Positions 10,014-20,696 of a stretch of DNA of 46,383 nt are shown one piece after another. Source of the stretch: a virus (lineage: Duplodnaviria; Heunggongvirae; Uroviricota; Caudoviricetes). How positions within the stretch are numbered: position 1 is the stretch's first letter; the number at the start of each line of letters is the position of its first letter. The stretch lies in the IMG/VR virus record IMGVR_UViG_638341086_000015, positions 1-46,383 of that record. One strand, 5' to 3'. Under the pieces are notes generated by a model that saw only the letters and a program-made list of their open reading frames with translations, was not told where the DNA came from and did not search any database. The position numbers were made by a program, and so were the translations under genes.

Positions 10014-12589
10014 CGCCCGCTCCCCGATAACATACCGCCATCACGCAACTGCAGCCGGAGCTCATCCTGCGCCCCCTTGCGGGCCATGTCATACACCGCC
10101 TTCATCAGCTGCGGCCCCGCCTGTCCGTTGATACCGTCGTTCTGAATCACCACGTTGTTGTTCTGCTCAAATCTGATACCCTCTGAACGCCGCATTTGCG
10201 CCGGACTTCCGGTGCCACCGACATAACCACCGGTGGCATAGCCGCGCATCAGCCGGTAAAGATTTCCTACGCCAATCCGGCTGGTTGCCTCCTTCGTGAA
10301 GACAAATTCACCACGGTGAACAATCCCCGCTGGCTCATATTTGCCGCCGGTTCCCGTAAATCCTCCGGTTGCAAAATGGAATTTCGCCGCAGCGGCCTGA
10401 ATGGCTGTACCGCCTGACGCGGATGCGCCGCCACCAACAGCCCCGCCAATGGCGCTGCCGATACTCCCGACAATCCCCACCATTGCCTGCTTCAGAAAAA
10501 TCTCTGTCAGCATGGAGAGCACAGAACGGGTGAAACCACGCCAGCTCTGTTCGCTGCCGGTCAGCATCGCTGCCATATTCTGTGCAATACCGTCAAAGGT
10601 CTGCGTGGCCACGCTTTTAACCTGCGAAAAACTGTCCGTCGCACTTTCTGCCCACTCGCCCCAGCCGGACTTCAGACCGGCCATCCAGCTTCCACGAAGC
10701 TGCTCCTCCGCAGACCAGGTGTTCTTCAGTGCCGATGTGGCCTTCGCCAGCGCAGCCGGATTATCACCGTACACGTCACGAAGGCGCTGCTCTTCCGACT
10801 CCCGCTGCGCCTGACGGTCGGTGAGGCCCCGCGCCTGGGCACTGATTGCCGCCTGCTTCGCGCCCTGCTGCTGCTCAAACCGCGCAGCCTGCTGTGCCAG
10901 CTCATTCAGCCGTTTCTGGTGTTCAACTTTGTCTCCCAGCTCAGCCAGCTGGCGTTTGTACTCCAGCGTCTCTTTCTCATGGGTCAGCAGGGATTTTTCC
11001 TGCTCAGATAACTGCCGTTTCGTGGCTGCCTCTTTCAGGACCGCATACTGATTTTCCGCTTTCCATAAATCGCGACGCTGCTGGCTGATTTTCTCATTCG
11101 CACCGCTGTGTTTTTCCAGCGTCCGGAGCTCGGTTTCAAGCGCCAGCAGGGCAGCATGCGCCTGGTCTTCCTGACGCTCACCGGCTGACACTTTGACTCC
11201 TGACGACTTCGGCTTTTTCAGCGTTGATTCATAATCCTTTTTCGCCGCCGCCATCAGCGTGTTGTAATCCGCCTGCAGGATTTTCCCGTCTTTCAGGGCC
11301 TTATTCAGTTCTTCCTGACGGGCGGTATATTTCTCCAGCGGCGTCAGCAGACGCTCATACGCCTTCTGCGCCTCTCCGGTATACTTCAGCTGTGATGCGT
11401 CCCGTTCGGCCCGGTCCCTGGCGGCCAGTTCACCGGCTTTTTCCATATCCGACTGCAGCGTGGCCGCTGCCAGCCCCAGACGGGCATTTTCCCGGTCATT
11501 CCATGCGCCCTGAAGGTTGGCCCGGAAAGAGGAGGTTTTACCGCGGCGCTGGCTCCGACTCTGGTACCACTGCCATTTTTTATCCGCCTCATCAAATGCC
11601 TTCTGCGCACTGGCGAGCATATCCGCTGAGGATTCCGGACGACCGATATCCAGAATGGCATCCCACATCGATTTGAATGCCTTCCCTGTTTTATCCGCCC
11701 AGGTCTCCAGTGTTCCCATGTTTTCTTTCAGGCGACGGGTCTGCTCATCAAAGCCTTTCGTGGCGATATCGTTCGCCGCCTGCAATGCCCCGGCCTCGTC
11801 TCCGGAACGCTGCAGCTGTGCAACATACGCAATCTGCTCTGCCGTCACGTTACGGAACTGGCGCGCCATCGCCATCAGTCCCGACGTCGGGTCAGTGGTC
11901 AGCTTCCCGAAGGCTTCAGCGACTTTATCCACCTCCACACCGGATGCAGAAGCAAAACGCGTGACACTCTGGTTGATGGCATCAAACTGTTCACCACCAC
12001 GCACACCGGCATTCACCAGGGCTGCCAGTGACTCTCTCGCCTGGTTAAACGTCAGCCCTGCTGCCTGCCCGGCTCTTGAGAGAGTCAGCATACGATCGGC
12101 AGTCAGTCCGGACTGATTACCGGAAAGAACCAGGGTTTTATTAAACGCTGAAAGCGTGGAATCTCCCTGGTACCAGGCGTACACCAGCGCACCTGTCGCC
12201 ACCGCCAGCGAGGTGACCCCGACCATCGGCAGGGTGATCGCACCGGCAAGCCCCCTGAACATGGGGATCATCCCGCCGAAGGAGTCCTTCACCTGACCGC
12301 CCTGTTGCAGCAGGATCAGCCAGGGATTCTGACCACCGGCAAGCTGCGTGGCGATATCCGTAAACTGTGCGGGCAGGGTTCGCATGGCCGCTTTATACTG
12401 CCCGACGGAAATCCCGGCTTTTTGTGCAGCCAGCGCCTGGCGGCTCAGGCCCTGTTCAACAGCACTGGCGGTTTTTCTGACGTCGGTATCCAGACCTGAA
12501 AAATGACGCCTTACCCGGCTCATCTGCTCATCGAAACGGACAGCATCCAGACTCAGGTCAATAACAAGATCACCAACCGGCTGGGACAT
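10010..12589 (-). CDS. H: Tail tape measure protein H
   Basis: 859 aa; N-terminus MSQPVGDLVIDLSLDAVRFDEQM and Gly-rich C-terminus match lambda H. Confidence 0.9.
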   Translation of the reverse strand: MSQPVGDLVIDLSLDAVRFDEQMSRVRRHFSGLDTDVRKTASAVEQGLSRQALAAQKAGISVGQYKAAMRTLPAQFTDIATQLAGGQNPWLILLQQGGQVKDSFGGMIPMFRGLAGAITLPMVGVTSLAVATGALVYAWYQGDSTLSAFNKTLVLSGNQSGLTADRMLTLSRAGQAAGLTFNQARESLAALVNAGVRGGEQFDAINQSVTRFASASGVEVDKVAEAFGKLTTDPTSGLMAMARQFRNVTAEQIAYVAQLQRSGDEAGALQAANDIATKGFDEQTRRLKENMGTLETWADKTGKAFKSMWDAILDIGRPESSADMLASAQKAFDEADKKWQWYQSRSQRRGKTSSFRANLQGAWNDRENARLGLAAATLQSDMEKAGELAARDRAERDASQLKYTGEAQKAYERLLTPLEKYTARQEELNKALKDGKILQADYNTLMAAAKKDYESTLKKPKSSGVKVSAGERQEDQAHAALLALETELRTLEKHSGANEKISQQRRDLWKAENQYAVLKEAATKRQLSEQEKSLLTHEKETLEYKRQLAELGDKVEHQKRLNELAQQAARFEQQQGAKQAAISAQARGLTDRQAQRESEEQRLRDVYGDNPAALAKATSALKNTWSAEEQLRGSWMAGLKSGWGEWAESATDSFSQVKSVATQTFDGIAQNMAAMLTGSEQSWRGFTRSVLSMLTEIFLKQAMVGIVGSIGSAIGGAVGGGASASGGTAIQAAAAKFHFATGGFTGTGGKYEPAGIVHRGEFVFTKEATSRIGVGNLYRLMRGYATGGYVGGTGSPAQMRRSEGIRFEQNNNVVIQNDGINGQAGPQLMKAVYDMARKGAQDELRLQLRDGGMLSGSGR

Positions 12590-13441
12590 ATCTCACACCT
12601 CCCGGAATCCCCGCTGAAGCCATCATTAATGCGGCATCATCCACCATGACATCCGCCACATCCGCAGACGATAAAATATCGCGCCCTCCGTCCCCACCGA
12701 ACCGGACGCCTCCGGCAAGTCCTGCCGCTTTCTGCATCAGCATTTTGTCCTCATCCGGCCTCTCCACCTGCTCTTCCTCATGCCGGGGGACAAGCAGACT
12801 GAAATCAGAGGGATGCATATCCGGATCGCAAAAAAACAGGCTGAGTACAGCGTACGTCAGCCCGGAAAAATGCATATCCAGCTGGGTATCCTGAAAATAA
12901 TGCGTGCGGTAAAAACGGTGCCAGTCGGCATATTCGGTGGATGTCATCCCGGCAAGCATGGCGCGCCAGTCGGGTCTCCCCATCTCACGCGCCAGTCTGA
13001 GGGCAAAGTTCAGCTCGCCGTCGAAGACTTTCCCGCAGAAAAATCATCATCAGTCAGCGTGTTATTTTTCGCCACTTCAGTAATATCAGTATCCGGACGA
13101 ACAGCTTCGATCATCCCGGACAGGCACAACACCACGTCTTCCGCCCGGGCAATGGCATCGGCAGGCCAGGTGGTGAGCACTTCCTGCTCTATCTTCATCA
13201 CGGCCTCATTCATTGACGGTGACTGCGTTTTCTGTGGATGGTTATGCCACAGGGACATCGCCACCAGAAACGCGCCGGTTCTGACAAGATCTTCCACACT
13301 CACCTGCAGGTTGCCGCTGGCTTCAGCCTCTTCTGCCCGCCGTTTCAGGAGGGCAAGATGCTCAATACGCTGCAGCGCAGACAGCTCAGAAAGCGTGACG
13401 GATACACCGTTATATTCAAATTGTTCTGTTTTCAGGAACAT
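12570..13441 (-). CDS. T: Tail assembly chaperone GT, made by programmed -1 frameshift from G into the T frame
   Basis: Slippery heptamer GGGAAAG (- strand, + coordinates about 13028-13034) near the end of G; the -1 frame continues without stop into ORF 12570-12983 (MGRPDWRAML...). Confidence 0.75.
13010..13441 (-). CDS. G: Tail assembly chaperone G
   Basis: 143 aa between V and H, ending ...SAGKSSTAS just after the slippery site. Confidence 0.85.
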   Translation of the reverse strand: MFLKTEQFEYNGVSVTLSELSALQRIEHLALLKRRAEEAEASGNLQVSVEDLVRTGAFLVAMSLWHNHPQKTQSPSMNEAVMKIEQEVLTTWPADAIARAEDVVLCLSGMIEAVRPDTDITEVAKNNTLTDDDFSAGKSSTAS

Positions 13442-13459
13442 CGCTTATCTCTCAGCTCT

Positions 13460-14206
13460 TTAGCCACCCGGCACATTATTAACGGTAATTTCAGCCACCG
13501 CAGCAAACTGACCATTACCGGAAATCACAGGGATGCTGACTTTTCCATCCTTAACCCCCGTCACAGTAATCGTCATATCTTTCACGCTAATGGTGGCTTT
13601 TGATGGATCGGCGGAAATCGCCCTGAATGTCTTATCCGTTGCATTTTCCGGTTCCACAGTAACGGTCAGGGTGGTTGTTTTCCCTTTTTCAACCGTACCT
13701 GTCGGCGTTACCTTAATCGCAGTGACCGGCGTAATTTTGCTGCGTTCTTCCGCTACAGAAGGTTTACCCACGTTAGTGACTTTCACCGTGCGGGTGATCA
13801 CTTCTTTCGCCGTCACGGCCTTACCGATACTGCTGACCCAGCCACGAAACACATCCACCGTGCCATTCGGAAAACGGATTTTATAGGCCCGGACATCGCC
13901 GCTTTCAAACCAGCCTATAAGCCCTTTCTGACCTTCCTCTCCCGGTTTCCAGGCCAGCGTAAAACTGGTATCACCTGCAGATTTCTGTCCCTGCCCGGTC
14001 GCGGTCCAGTCCGCGTCTTCATCATCCAGGTAGTTATCATCGTAGGGTTCAGCCGTCATCTCGCCCGGCGTCAGATCCTTCACCTTAGCCAGTCGCTGCC
14101 AGTCATCGTCTGACAACGGGTTTGCATAAGCATCAGCCTTGCCGTTGTAAACCCACAGAGTGGTACCGGCACCTTTTACCGGCGCCAGGGGATTTGGTGT
14201 TGCCAT
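13460..14206 (-). CDS. V: Major tail tube protein V with C-terminal Ig-like domain
   Basis: 248 aa lambda V-like; C-terminal Thr/Val-rich Ig-like region. Confidence 0.9.
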   Translation of the reverse strand: MATPNPLAPVKGAGTTLWVYNGKADAYANPLSDDDWQRLAKVKDLTPGEMTAEPYDDNYLDDEDADWTATGQGQKSAGDTSFTLAWKPGEEGQKGLIGWFESGDVRAYKIRFPNGTVDVFRGWVSSIGKAVTAKEVITRTVKVTNVGKPSVAEERSKITPVTAIKVTPTGTVEKGKTTTLTVTVEPENATDKTFRAISADPSKATISVKDMTITVTGVKDGKVSIPVISGNGQFAAVAEITVNNVPGG

Positions 14207-14213
14207 ATCGTCC

Positions 14214-14609
14214 TCACATCTCGTATGTAATGGAATAAGTCAGATCCGCAGAGCTCCATAACGCCATATCGTCATCACGACGATACTCATAGCCCTGCGT
14301 AACCATCGTGGTAATCAGTCCTGCCAGTGCCGGGATCGCAGTCATCGCCGGGTAAATCCGGCTTTCCATCCACTGATCAAGCTCTGAATCCGGTACCTGT
14401 GCCGGTAAAAACACCTCAATATGCAGCGTGGCCCGCCAGGTATCTGCATCCAGCTCTTCACCGGTATACTCTGCATCCGTCAGATAAACCGCGATCGCAG
14501 GAAAATCCTCTTCGTCAAAAACAACGGGGCGACCATCAAACAGCGTCGCCCCGTGTTCATGCTGCTCGAGTGCATCCAGCACTGCGGCACGAATGTCAGT
14601 GTGTTTCAT
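14214..14609 (-). CDS. U: Tail terminator protein U
   Basis: 131 aa, lambda U-like. Confidence 0.9.
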   Translation of the reverse strand: MKHTDIRAAVLDALEQHEHGATLFDGRPVVFDEEDFPAIAVYLTDAEYTGEELDADTWRATLHIEVFLPAQVPDSELDQWMESRIYPAMTAIPALAGLITTMVTQGYEYRRDDDMALWSSADLTYSITYEM

Positions 14610-15139
14610 CGTTTTATCGCAATCCTCAGTTGTTGTTTCAGCGCGGATGCCAGTTCTTTAGGCAGGCGTTCACGCCGGATACGGTCAACATTCTCATCAA
14701 ATGCCTGTTTCAGTGGGGCCGCCATCGGGATTTTCACCACATCAATGGGGTAACGGTTTTTCCCGGCCACACGCTGCATGACATGCCAGCGACCATTTTT
14801 TAATCGCTGAATAAATGCCCGCTGATACCGATGCTGACCGGCTTTAAGTATGCTGTTCGGGCGACGCCCCGGCATCCTGATCCCCAGCTTAATCACAGGG
14901 AGATCACCGCGGTTAACGATAATTCTGGCATTCGGATTTCTGACCGTCGCCCGTTTCAGTCTGGACCGTTCCTTAACCAGTTTCCGGCGAACCTTTGTCT
15001 CCCGGGCAACCTGTGATGAAGACTGATTAATCGCCGTTGTGGCCACGCGGTTAATGGCCATTGCTGAAGCCGCCGGAATGGCGTTTTTACGAACCCGGCT
15101 CAGATTGTCAATCGCCTGATCAAGCCCTTTTATCGCCAT
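14606..15139 (-). CDS. Z: Tail completion protein Z
   Basis: 177 aa in the lambda Z position between FII and U. Confidence 0.8.
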   Translation of the reverse strand: MAIKGLDQAIDNLSRVRKNAIPAASAMAINRVATTAINQSSSQVARETKVRRKLVKERSRLKRATVRNPNARIIVNRGDLPVIKLGIRMPGRRPNSILKAGQHRYQRAFIQRLKNGRWHVMQRVAGKNRYPIDVVKIPMAAPLKQAFDENVDRIRRERLPKELASALKQQLRIAIKR

Positions 15140-15154
15140 AATTTCACCCTGCGT

Positions 15155-15508
15155 TTATCGTCGCCGGTTAACTGCGGGTGGTTGACCACGGTTGAGCCAG
15201 AGATAACAGCTGCCCCCGTCATCCGGAGAAACACGATCCACCCAGAATATCTCACCATTAATGGTCAGCGTGTCACCACGCCGCACGGCACGAACCGTAT
15301 CCGTCCGCACAAATAATGACGGGCTGCTTCCTTCAATACGGACCCCGCCACCGGCAAACCCCAGCGACTCCGGATCGTCAAAAACCCCCTGAACTTCGCT
15401 GCCACACTGTGCCCCCGAGGTGAACTGCGCACAGAGCCCCATCACTTCAACAATCGTGCTGTCCACCCCGGCGAGGGCAGCATCAAAGGCATTCTGAAAA
15501 TCACGCAT
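15155..15508 (-). CDS. FII: Head-tail connector protein FII
   Basis: 117 aa, lambda FII-like (starts MRDFQNAFDAAL). Confidence 0.85.
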   Translation of the reverse strand: MRDFQNAFDAALAGVDSTIVEVMGLCAQFTSGAQCGSEVQGVFDDPESLGFAGGGVRIEGSSPSLFVRTDTVRAVRRGDTLTINGEIFWVDRVSPDDGGSCYLWLNRGQPPAVNRRR

Positions 15509-15884
15509 GCTCAGCCGTTCCGTGCTGTATCATGGCTGTCGCCAGTGGTAATGGCACCAGAACACGCATGCCCCGGTACGTCAGTTCAACGGGACGGCCT
15601 GTCTCCGGGCAATACCCCATCACATGCAGGCATTTCCGCATACGGACCGCTTTAACATCATCCGTAGCATCAGTGTTGTGCAACTGCTCACCATCGTCTG
15701 TGTGATTTTGCTCAGGCCCGCTCTCATCACCAGGCATAATGCCCTCCCGGGAAGCAGCAAGCTCCTCTTCCCACTCAGACACACGTTGCGCAATATCCGC
15801 AGCACTCCCCGCCATATCCGCCTCGCGCCCCAGCAGGCCAGCCAGTTGACGAAGACGTTTCTGATTTTCTTCTTTTGTTGCCAT
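15501..15884 (-). CDS. FI: DNA packaging protein FI-like
   Basis: Position and size as lambda FI, acidic middle; start placed at internal ATG (MATKEENQ) with GGGGG upstream; a hairpin plus T-run lies between the E stop and this start. Confidence 0.6.
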   Translation of the reverse strand: MATKEENQKRLRQLAGLLGREADMAGSAADIAQRVSEWEEELAASREGIMPGDESGPEQNHTDDGEQLHNTDATDDVKAVRMRKCLHVMGYCPETGRPVELTYRGMRVLVPLPLATAMIQHGTAEHA

Positions 15885-15935
15885 ATCAGCCCCCTGTGAA
15901 AAAAGACACGGGGGCATTTCGCCCCCGCTCACGGA

Positions 15936-16964
15936 TTATTTCACCTGCACCACCACAAACTCATCCGGATCCGGCAGCACCATCAGCGGTGCGGACTGCG
16001 TCATGGTAAATTCACGGGCCGGATCGCCCACGGTCAGCCAGTGTTTCGGGTAACGGGAAGAAGCCACCACACCTTCGGACAACGCCTGCGCATCCTGAAT
16101 GGCACCGTAACAACGGATCCCATCTGCAGCCGTATTTCCCAGGACCAGCGTGCCCTCCGGCAGATAACGTTTTTCGGTACCGTCCTCTGCCACATAAGAC
16201 GTTTTCGCCACCACAATGGCCAGATCGCCGTAATACCCTTTGAAAGACACCACCGCCCCCAGGTCTTTCACTGCCGTTTCGAGTTGTGAATTTGAGCCGC
16301 GACGGGTATCCAGTTTTTCGCGGAACAGCTTAAAACCATTCAGCAGACGCCAGACAGTACCGTCCATAATGGCAATATTCACAAGACCGCTGGCCTGATC
16401 GCAGTAGAGGTCAATATCATGCGTCGGATCAAACGTATCACGGTCCTGCTCAGACCATTTTTTACCGTCGGCCTGCTCAATGTTATTTCCTTCAGAGCGT
16501 CCAAAATCCACCTCGACAGTATCAAACTGATCCCCTTCCATGGTGTATTTGCCATACAGCACGGCATTCACCGCCTGCATTTCTTCCACCTGGACAATGG
16601 CATGCTCTTCCTGTTTGAGGTTATCGGTGATGATACGCAGACGACGGTAGGCCGGGTCGTTCAGTTGAGCCGGATCTTCACCGGGAAGACGCTCAACCGC
16701 CTGCTGGTAATTAAATTCGTGTTTCGGCTTGACGTAGCCCGGACGTAACACGCGGGTTTCACCACCGCGATGACGCAGCACTTTTCCTTCAACAACCGGG
16801 GAGACATAGGCCGCCACCGGCGTTTTTCCGGTAATTTTGTCCAGCATCACCTCTTCGGTATGGAAATTCACCGTACGGCGGAAAAACAGCTCCAGAAACA
16901 GCGCACGAAATTTCACTTTTTGTTCGGTATAACCGAGTAACTGGCGGGTCGTAAACAATCCCAT
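15936..16964 (-). CDS. E: Major capsid protein E
   Basis: 342 aa, colinear with lambda gpE (GYVKPKHE, DPAREFTM, SAPLM motifs). Confidence 0.9.
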   Translation of the reverse strand: MGLFTTRQLLGYTEQKVKFRALFLELFFRRTVNFHTEEVMLDKITGKTPVAAYVSPVVEGKVLRHRGGETRVLRPGYVKPKHEFNYQQAVERLPGEDPAQLNDPAYRRLRIITDNLKQEEHAIVQVEEMQAVNAVLYGKYTMEGDQFDTVEVDFGRSEGNNIEQADGKKWSEQDRDTFDPTHDIDLYCDQASGLVNIAIMDGTVWRLLNGFKLFREKLDTRRGSNSQLETAVKDLGAVVSFKGYYGDLAIVVAKTSYVAEDGTEKRYLPEGTLVLGNTAADGIRCYGAIQDAQALSEGVVASSRYPKHWLTVGDPAREFTMTQSAPLMVLPDPDEFVVVQVK

Positions 16965-17021
16965 AAATCAGTTCCTTTCATTCAGAAATCAGTCAGGCCA
17001 CCGCGGTGGCCTGATAACGTG

Positions 17022-17369
17022 TTACGGCAGCGCCGCGTGACTCAGGGCACTGCCGGCAAAGGCATTTGCCTTTTTGTGTTCATCCACACTTTCAGGCCAG
17101 CGGATTGCCTCCGTCGCAAAGGTCCCCGACTTGTAATAGGTCAGTACCGTCTCTGTGCCTTCAAGCGGCAGTACCAGTATGCCAACTGCACTACCGGCTT
17201 TCTGTCCGTCCCAGACCACCAGTTTCCCGCTGGCTTCATCCAGCATCAGGGGCGTCAGTGCCGGTGTTGCCGAGGAAATCCCGCTGCTGCCTGTGGCGGT
17301 ATGAGCCGGATCATTACCGGCAAAAATACGTACTTCCGCACGCTGTTCAGTGATGTTTTTCGTTACCAT
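17022..17369 (-). CDS. D: Head decoration protein D
   Basis: 115 aa, lambda gpD-like. Confidence 0.9.
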   Translation of the reverse strand: MVTKNITEQRAEVRIFAGNDPAHTATGSSGISSATPALTPLMLDEASGKLVVWDGQKAGSAVGILVLPLEGTETVLTYYKSGTFATEAIRWPESVDEHKKANAFAGSALSHAALP

Positions 17370-17405
17370 ATTGTAAAAACCTCCTGTTGATGGTCAGCAC
17401 TGACT

Positions 17406-18911
17406 TCATGGCATGGCCATGAGCATTTTCACGTCCGCATCACCGTCTGCTGACGTCTGTGGCACGCCACCCTGTACCGCAGCCGGTGAATGGTTCGCCA
17501 TGATGCGTTCAAACAGGGCGGTTGTGGATGCAGAGACCGGTTCTGCCTTACCTGATCCCGCAGCCAGCACAGCCCGGGCGCTCTCCACAGTCATTCCCGG
17601 GCAGGCAGCCAGCTGTTCAGCCTGCGCCTCAGCCCCTTTTGCCTCATCCAGTGCCATGATCTGATCACGGAGTGAGGGTCCGGCATCCGCCTGCGGTGAA
17701 GCAGCCAGAATCGGGCGGGCTTTTTCCACCGTCATCTCCGGCATCGCCGCCAGCGTTGCCGCCAGTTGTTCACGACCGTTCGCTTCTTCACACGCCATAA
17801 TGCGATCGGCTTCACTCTGCGTGGATGCCACCGGCTGCTGCGGTGCCGCCGCGGCCAGAATCGCCCGGGCCTGTTCAACGCTCATGCCCTGTTGTCCTGC
17901 CAGCATCGTGGCAAGCTGTTCACGTCCTTTCGCTTCCTGGCATGTCAGGATCCCCATCACTCGCTGGTTCTCCTGCGCGGCGGCTTCCGTTGCAGTTAAT
18001 TGCGGCATAGTGCCTCCTCTGACATTACTGTTCAGCGCCGTGGCCATCACACTGATGGCATCCGACGCATTGACTAATTCATCCGCCAGCCCGGCCTCAA
18101 TGCCGGACTGACCTTCAAAAACGGCGGCCTCTGTTCCCGTGACGGCATCAACAGACAGACCGGTAAACATGGCCACTTTTTCGGCAAACATCCGGCGCGC
18201 CGCATCAATGCGCTGCTGCATGTCCTGGCGAACCTCTGCCGGTAAGGCTTCAAACTGATTGCCATCCACCTTGTGCGCCCCTGAGTAAATCAGCGTGATA
18301 TCCACACCGGCCTGCGCCAGATGACCGGCATAGCTGACATGGCTCATCATCACGCCAATGGAGCCGATACGGGATGTCTGGGTAACCAGCCGTCGGGAGC
18401 AGGCCGACGCCAGCAGCATGGCTGCAGAACAGGCCGTGTCATTGCACAGTGCCCAGACCGGCTTCTGCTGACGGAGGCGGTAAATCATGTCAGCGCAGTC
18501 AAACGCGCCGGCGGCCTGCCCGCCCGGACTGTCAATGTCCAGCAGTACGCCCCGCACCTGGCTATCCGCCATTGCCTGCTGAAGACAGGCGACAATGCCG
18601 TCATAGCCTGTCATTCCGGAAAATGGCCGCATACCCCCCAGCCGGTGCACCAGCGTGCCGGTCACCGGCAGTACAGCAATACCGTTCACCACCCGGTAAA
18701 CACGGGCCGGTCGTTTACCTCCGGCCATGTACTCGTCCGTTTCAGCCAGCATTCCGGGAGCATCAAGCTGTACCTGCTGCTGTGGTACCGAAAGACTTGC
18801 TGCCCCCATCTCGCGCCCGAGCGCGCAAAAGAAAACCCGCGCATAGGCGGGCTCCAGAAGCAGCGGTTCATTGAATGCTGCGGCAATAATGTGTGAAAGA
18901 TTACGTCTCAC
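17406..18911 (-). CDS. C: Prohead protease / scaffold protein C (S49-type peptidase with Nu3-like scaffold C-terminus)
   Basis: 501 aa; N-terminal half colinear with lambda C; C-terminal third holds three to four tandem ~47-aa helical repeats; GTG start overlapping the B 3' end. Confidence 0.85.
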   Translation of the reverse strand: MRRNLSHIIAAAFNEPLLLEPAYARVFFCALGREMGAASLSVPQQQVQLDAPGMLAETDEYMAGGKRPARVYRVVNGIAVLPVTGTLVHRLGGMRPFSGMTGYDGIVACLQQAMADSQVRGVLLDIDSPGGQAAGAFDCADMIYRLRQQKPVWALCNDTACSAAMLLASACSRRLVTQTSRIGSIGVMMSHVSYAGHLAQAGVDITLIYSGAHKVDGNQFEALPAEVRQDMQQRIDAARRMFAEKVAMFTGLSVDAVTGTEAAVFEGQSGIEAGLADELVNASDAISVMATALNSNVRGGTMPQLTATEAAAQENQRVMGILTCQEAKGREQLATMLAGQQGMSVEQARAILAAAAPQQPVASTQSEADRIMACEEANGREQLAATLAAMPEMTVEKARPILAASPQADAGPSLRDQIMALDEAKGAEAQAEQLAACPGMTVESARAVLAAGSGKAEPVSASTTALFERIMANHSPAAVQGGVPQTSADGDADVKMLMAMP

Positions 18912-20493
18912 GGGGTGTTGTCTCCTCTTCCGGCCTGCGACTCTCCGCTATCTGCTGCTGATACGCCTGCGCTATCCACACCGGACGTGAGAGTCCGGCT
19001 TTTTGCCGCTCTGCAGATTCCCTGACCTGCTGGCGGAAAATGTCCTGATAATCCTCGCCCATCAGCGCCAGCTCTTTCTCATACGTGCTCAGTCCGGCCT
19101 CAATGCGCATCACCGATTCCTGAACCTCCTTGAGCCCGTCAATGGCCATTCTTCCGGCACCAATCCACTCTGCCCGTGACCAGGCTGATCGCGCCTGATA
19201 AAAATCAAAACGCGCCCGTGGCGGACGGATAATCCCCCGAAGAAGTGCCTCTTCCAGCCAGCAGGAAAACATCTGCGTGGCCAGCCGGGCCGCAATAAAT
19301 TTTCGCCGCCCCATAAAATAGCGCCACGACTCATTGGCAGAGGCCCTGGCACTTGAATAACTGACCTTCGAGTAATCACGGGACAACTGTTCGTAGGAAA
19401 CGCCAAGACCGGCGGCGATATACCGCAGCAGCGCCTGTTCAAGCGCCGAAAATCCATTGTCTGAATCCTGCGCAGTCTGTAGTTTCAGATCATCCCCGGG
19501 GAAAAGGTGCGGAATTTTGACACCACCCAGCGTCACGTTATTCGTGTCATACCAGCTGGAGAACTTCTCCAGAATATTAATAAGCGGATTATCCTTCTGC
19601 CCCTGCGGCGCACCGGCGATATATTCAAAGGCCTTTTCGGTATCAAGGTCACTTTCAATCGTCGCTGCATACATGGCCTTCACAATGGCCGACTGAAGCT
19701 GTGTTGCCTGCAGGGAATCGAGCATCTTCAGCCGTTCCATGACGCTGTAAAACTGGTTGGCCCCACGGGTCTGCCCGTCCTCCACCGGCTCGAAAATATG
19801 CAGCATGGCCGGACGCCCGGTGGGAAGTTCACGCGGGATCCGTTCCCATCGTCCACTCCCGGAGCGAGGAAAATCATCCTCACAGATATGGTACGCAACG
19901 GCACGGCCATATCGATCGACCTCCACCCCGGCCCGCAGAAAACGGTTCCCCATACCGTGTCCTGGCGTGTCCACCCGTTTCGGACTCACGGCTTTAAAAC
20001 GCGTACGGAATAACTGCGTGGTTTCCGTATCCCAGACCGGCTGCACAAAGATTTCGCCGTTAAACGCATGAACGCCCACACCTTCACGGATAAATTCCGT
20101 GAACGTGCGTTTTCCTTCCACGTCGATCTCGCCAGACATCCCTTCGGCGTATTCCGACCAGGCCGCCTCCACCTCATCGACAAAGCTTTTTGCTGCGGTC
20201 TCCCGCATCCCCAGCCAGCGCCAGTTCGGACGGTAGCTGATAAGAAACATATGCCCGACAATGTGATCCTTATGCAGTGCCACCGCATTGGCCGCTATTC
20301 CGTTATTGCGCACCAGATCATCTGCCCGGGCATTCCCCAGACGCAACGCGGGCAGCAGGGCCGCATCGGCACTCTGCGCCGGTGGCAACCACTCCGCCAT
20401 TTGCCCGCCAAATCCTGCACCGCCCCCGTTGTAGCTGAGACTCTCACGAAGCGGAACGCCGTTCACATCAATCAGGACAGGCGTTCGTTTCAT
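18901..20493 (-). CDS. B: Portal protein B
   Basis: 530 aa lambda B-like. Confidence 0.9.
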   Translation of the reverse strand: MKRTPVLIDVNGVPLRESLSYNGGGAGFGGQMAEWLPPAQSADAALLPALRLGNARADDLVRNNGIAANAVALHKDHIVGHMFLISYRPNWRWLGMRETAAKSFVDEVEAAWSEYAEGMSGEIDVEGKRTFTEFIREGVGVHAFNGEIFVQPVWDTETTQLFRTRFKAVSPKRVDTPGHGMGNRFLRAGVEVDRYGRAVAYHICEDDFPRSGSGRWERIPRELPTGRPAMLHIFEPVEDGQTRGANQFYSVMERLKMLDSLQATQLQSAIVKAMYAATIESDLDTEKAFEYIAGAPQGQKDNPLINILEKFSSWYDTNNVTLGGVKIPHLFPGDDLKLQTAQDSDNGFSALEQALLRYIAAGLGVSYEQLSRDYSKVSYSSARASANESWRYFMGRRKFIAARLATQMFSCWLEEALLRGIIRPPRARFDFYQARSAWSRAEWIGAGRMAIDGLKEVQESVMRIEAGLSTYEKELALMGEDYQDIFRQQVRESAERQKAGLSRPVWIAQAYQQQIAESRRPEEETTPRET

Positions 20494-20696
20494 AACCTCA
20501 CTCCCAGCGGACGACGGCGACGCCGGGTTGTCCCCAGTACCGACTCCGCATCATTGATCGCCCGGTTAAGCTCATCCAGAGAAGCCGCCGTATATTCAAT
20601 TCTGCGACCATCTTTCTGGACAGACACCACCCGTTTACCGGTTAATAAATCAAGGCGCGCCTGACGCAGCGCCTGCAGTTCAGCGACTGTAACCAT
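20490..20696 (-). CDS. W: Head-tail joining protein W
   Basis: 68 aa lambda W-like. Confidence 0.85.
   Translation of the reverse strand: MVTVAELQALRQARLDLLTGKRVVSVQKDGRRIEYTAASLDELNRAINDAESVLGTTRRRRRPLGVRL

Noticed and set aside
10401-12116. Several + strand ORFs (137-199 aa) inside the tape measure gene
   Set aside because: Antisense to H; Ala/Pro/Ser-rich low-complexity translations typical of the opposite strand of a GC-rich gene.
17800-18896. + strand ORFs (103-191 aa) opposite the C gene
   Set aside because: Antisense to the conserved protease/scaffold gene; Arg/Pro-rich junk-like translation.
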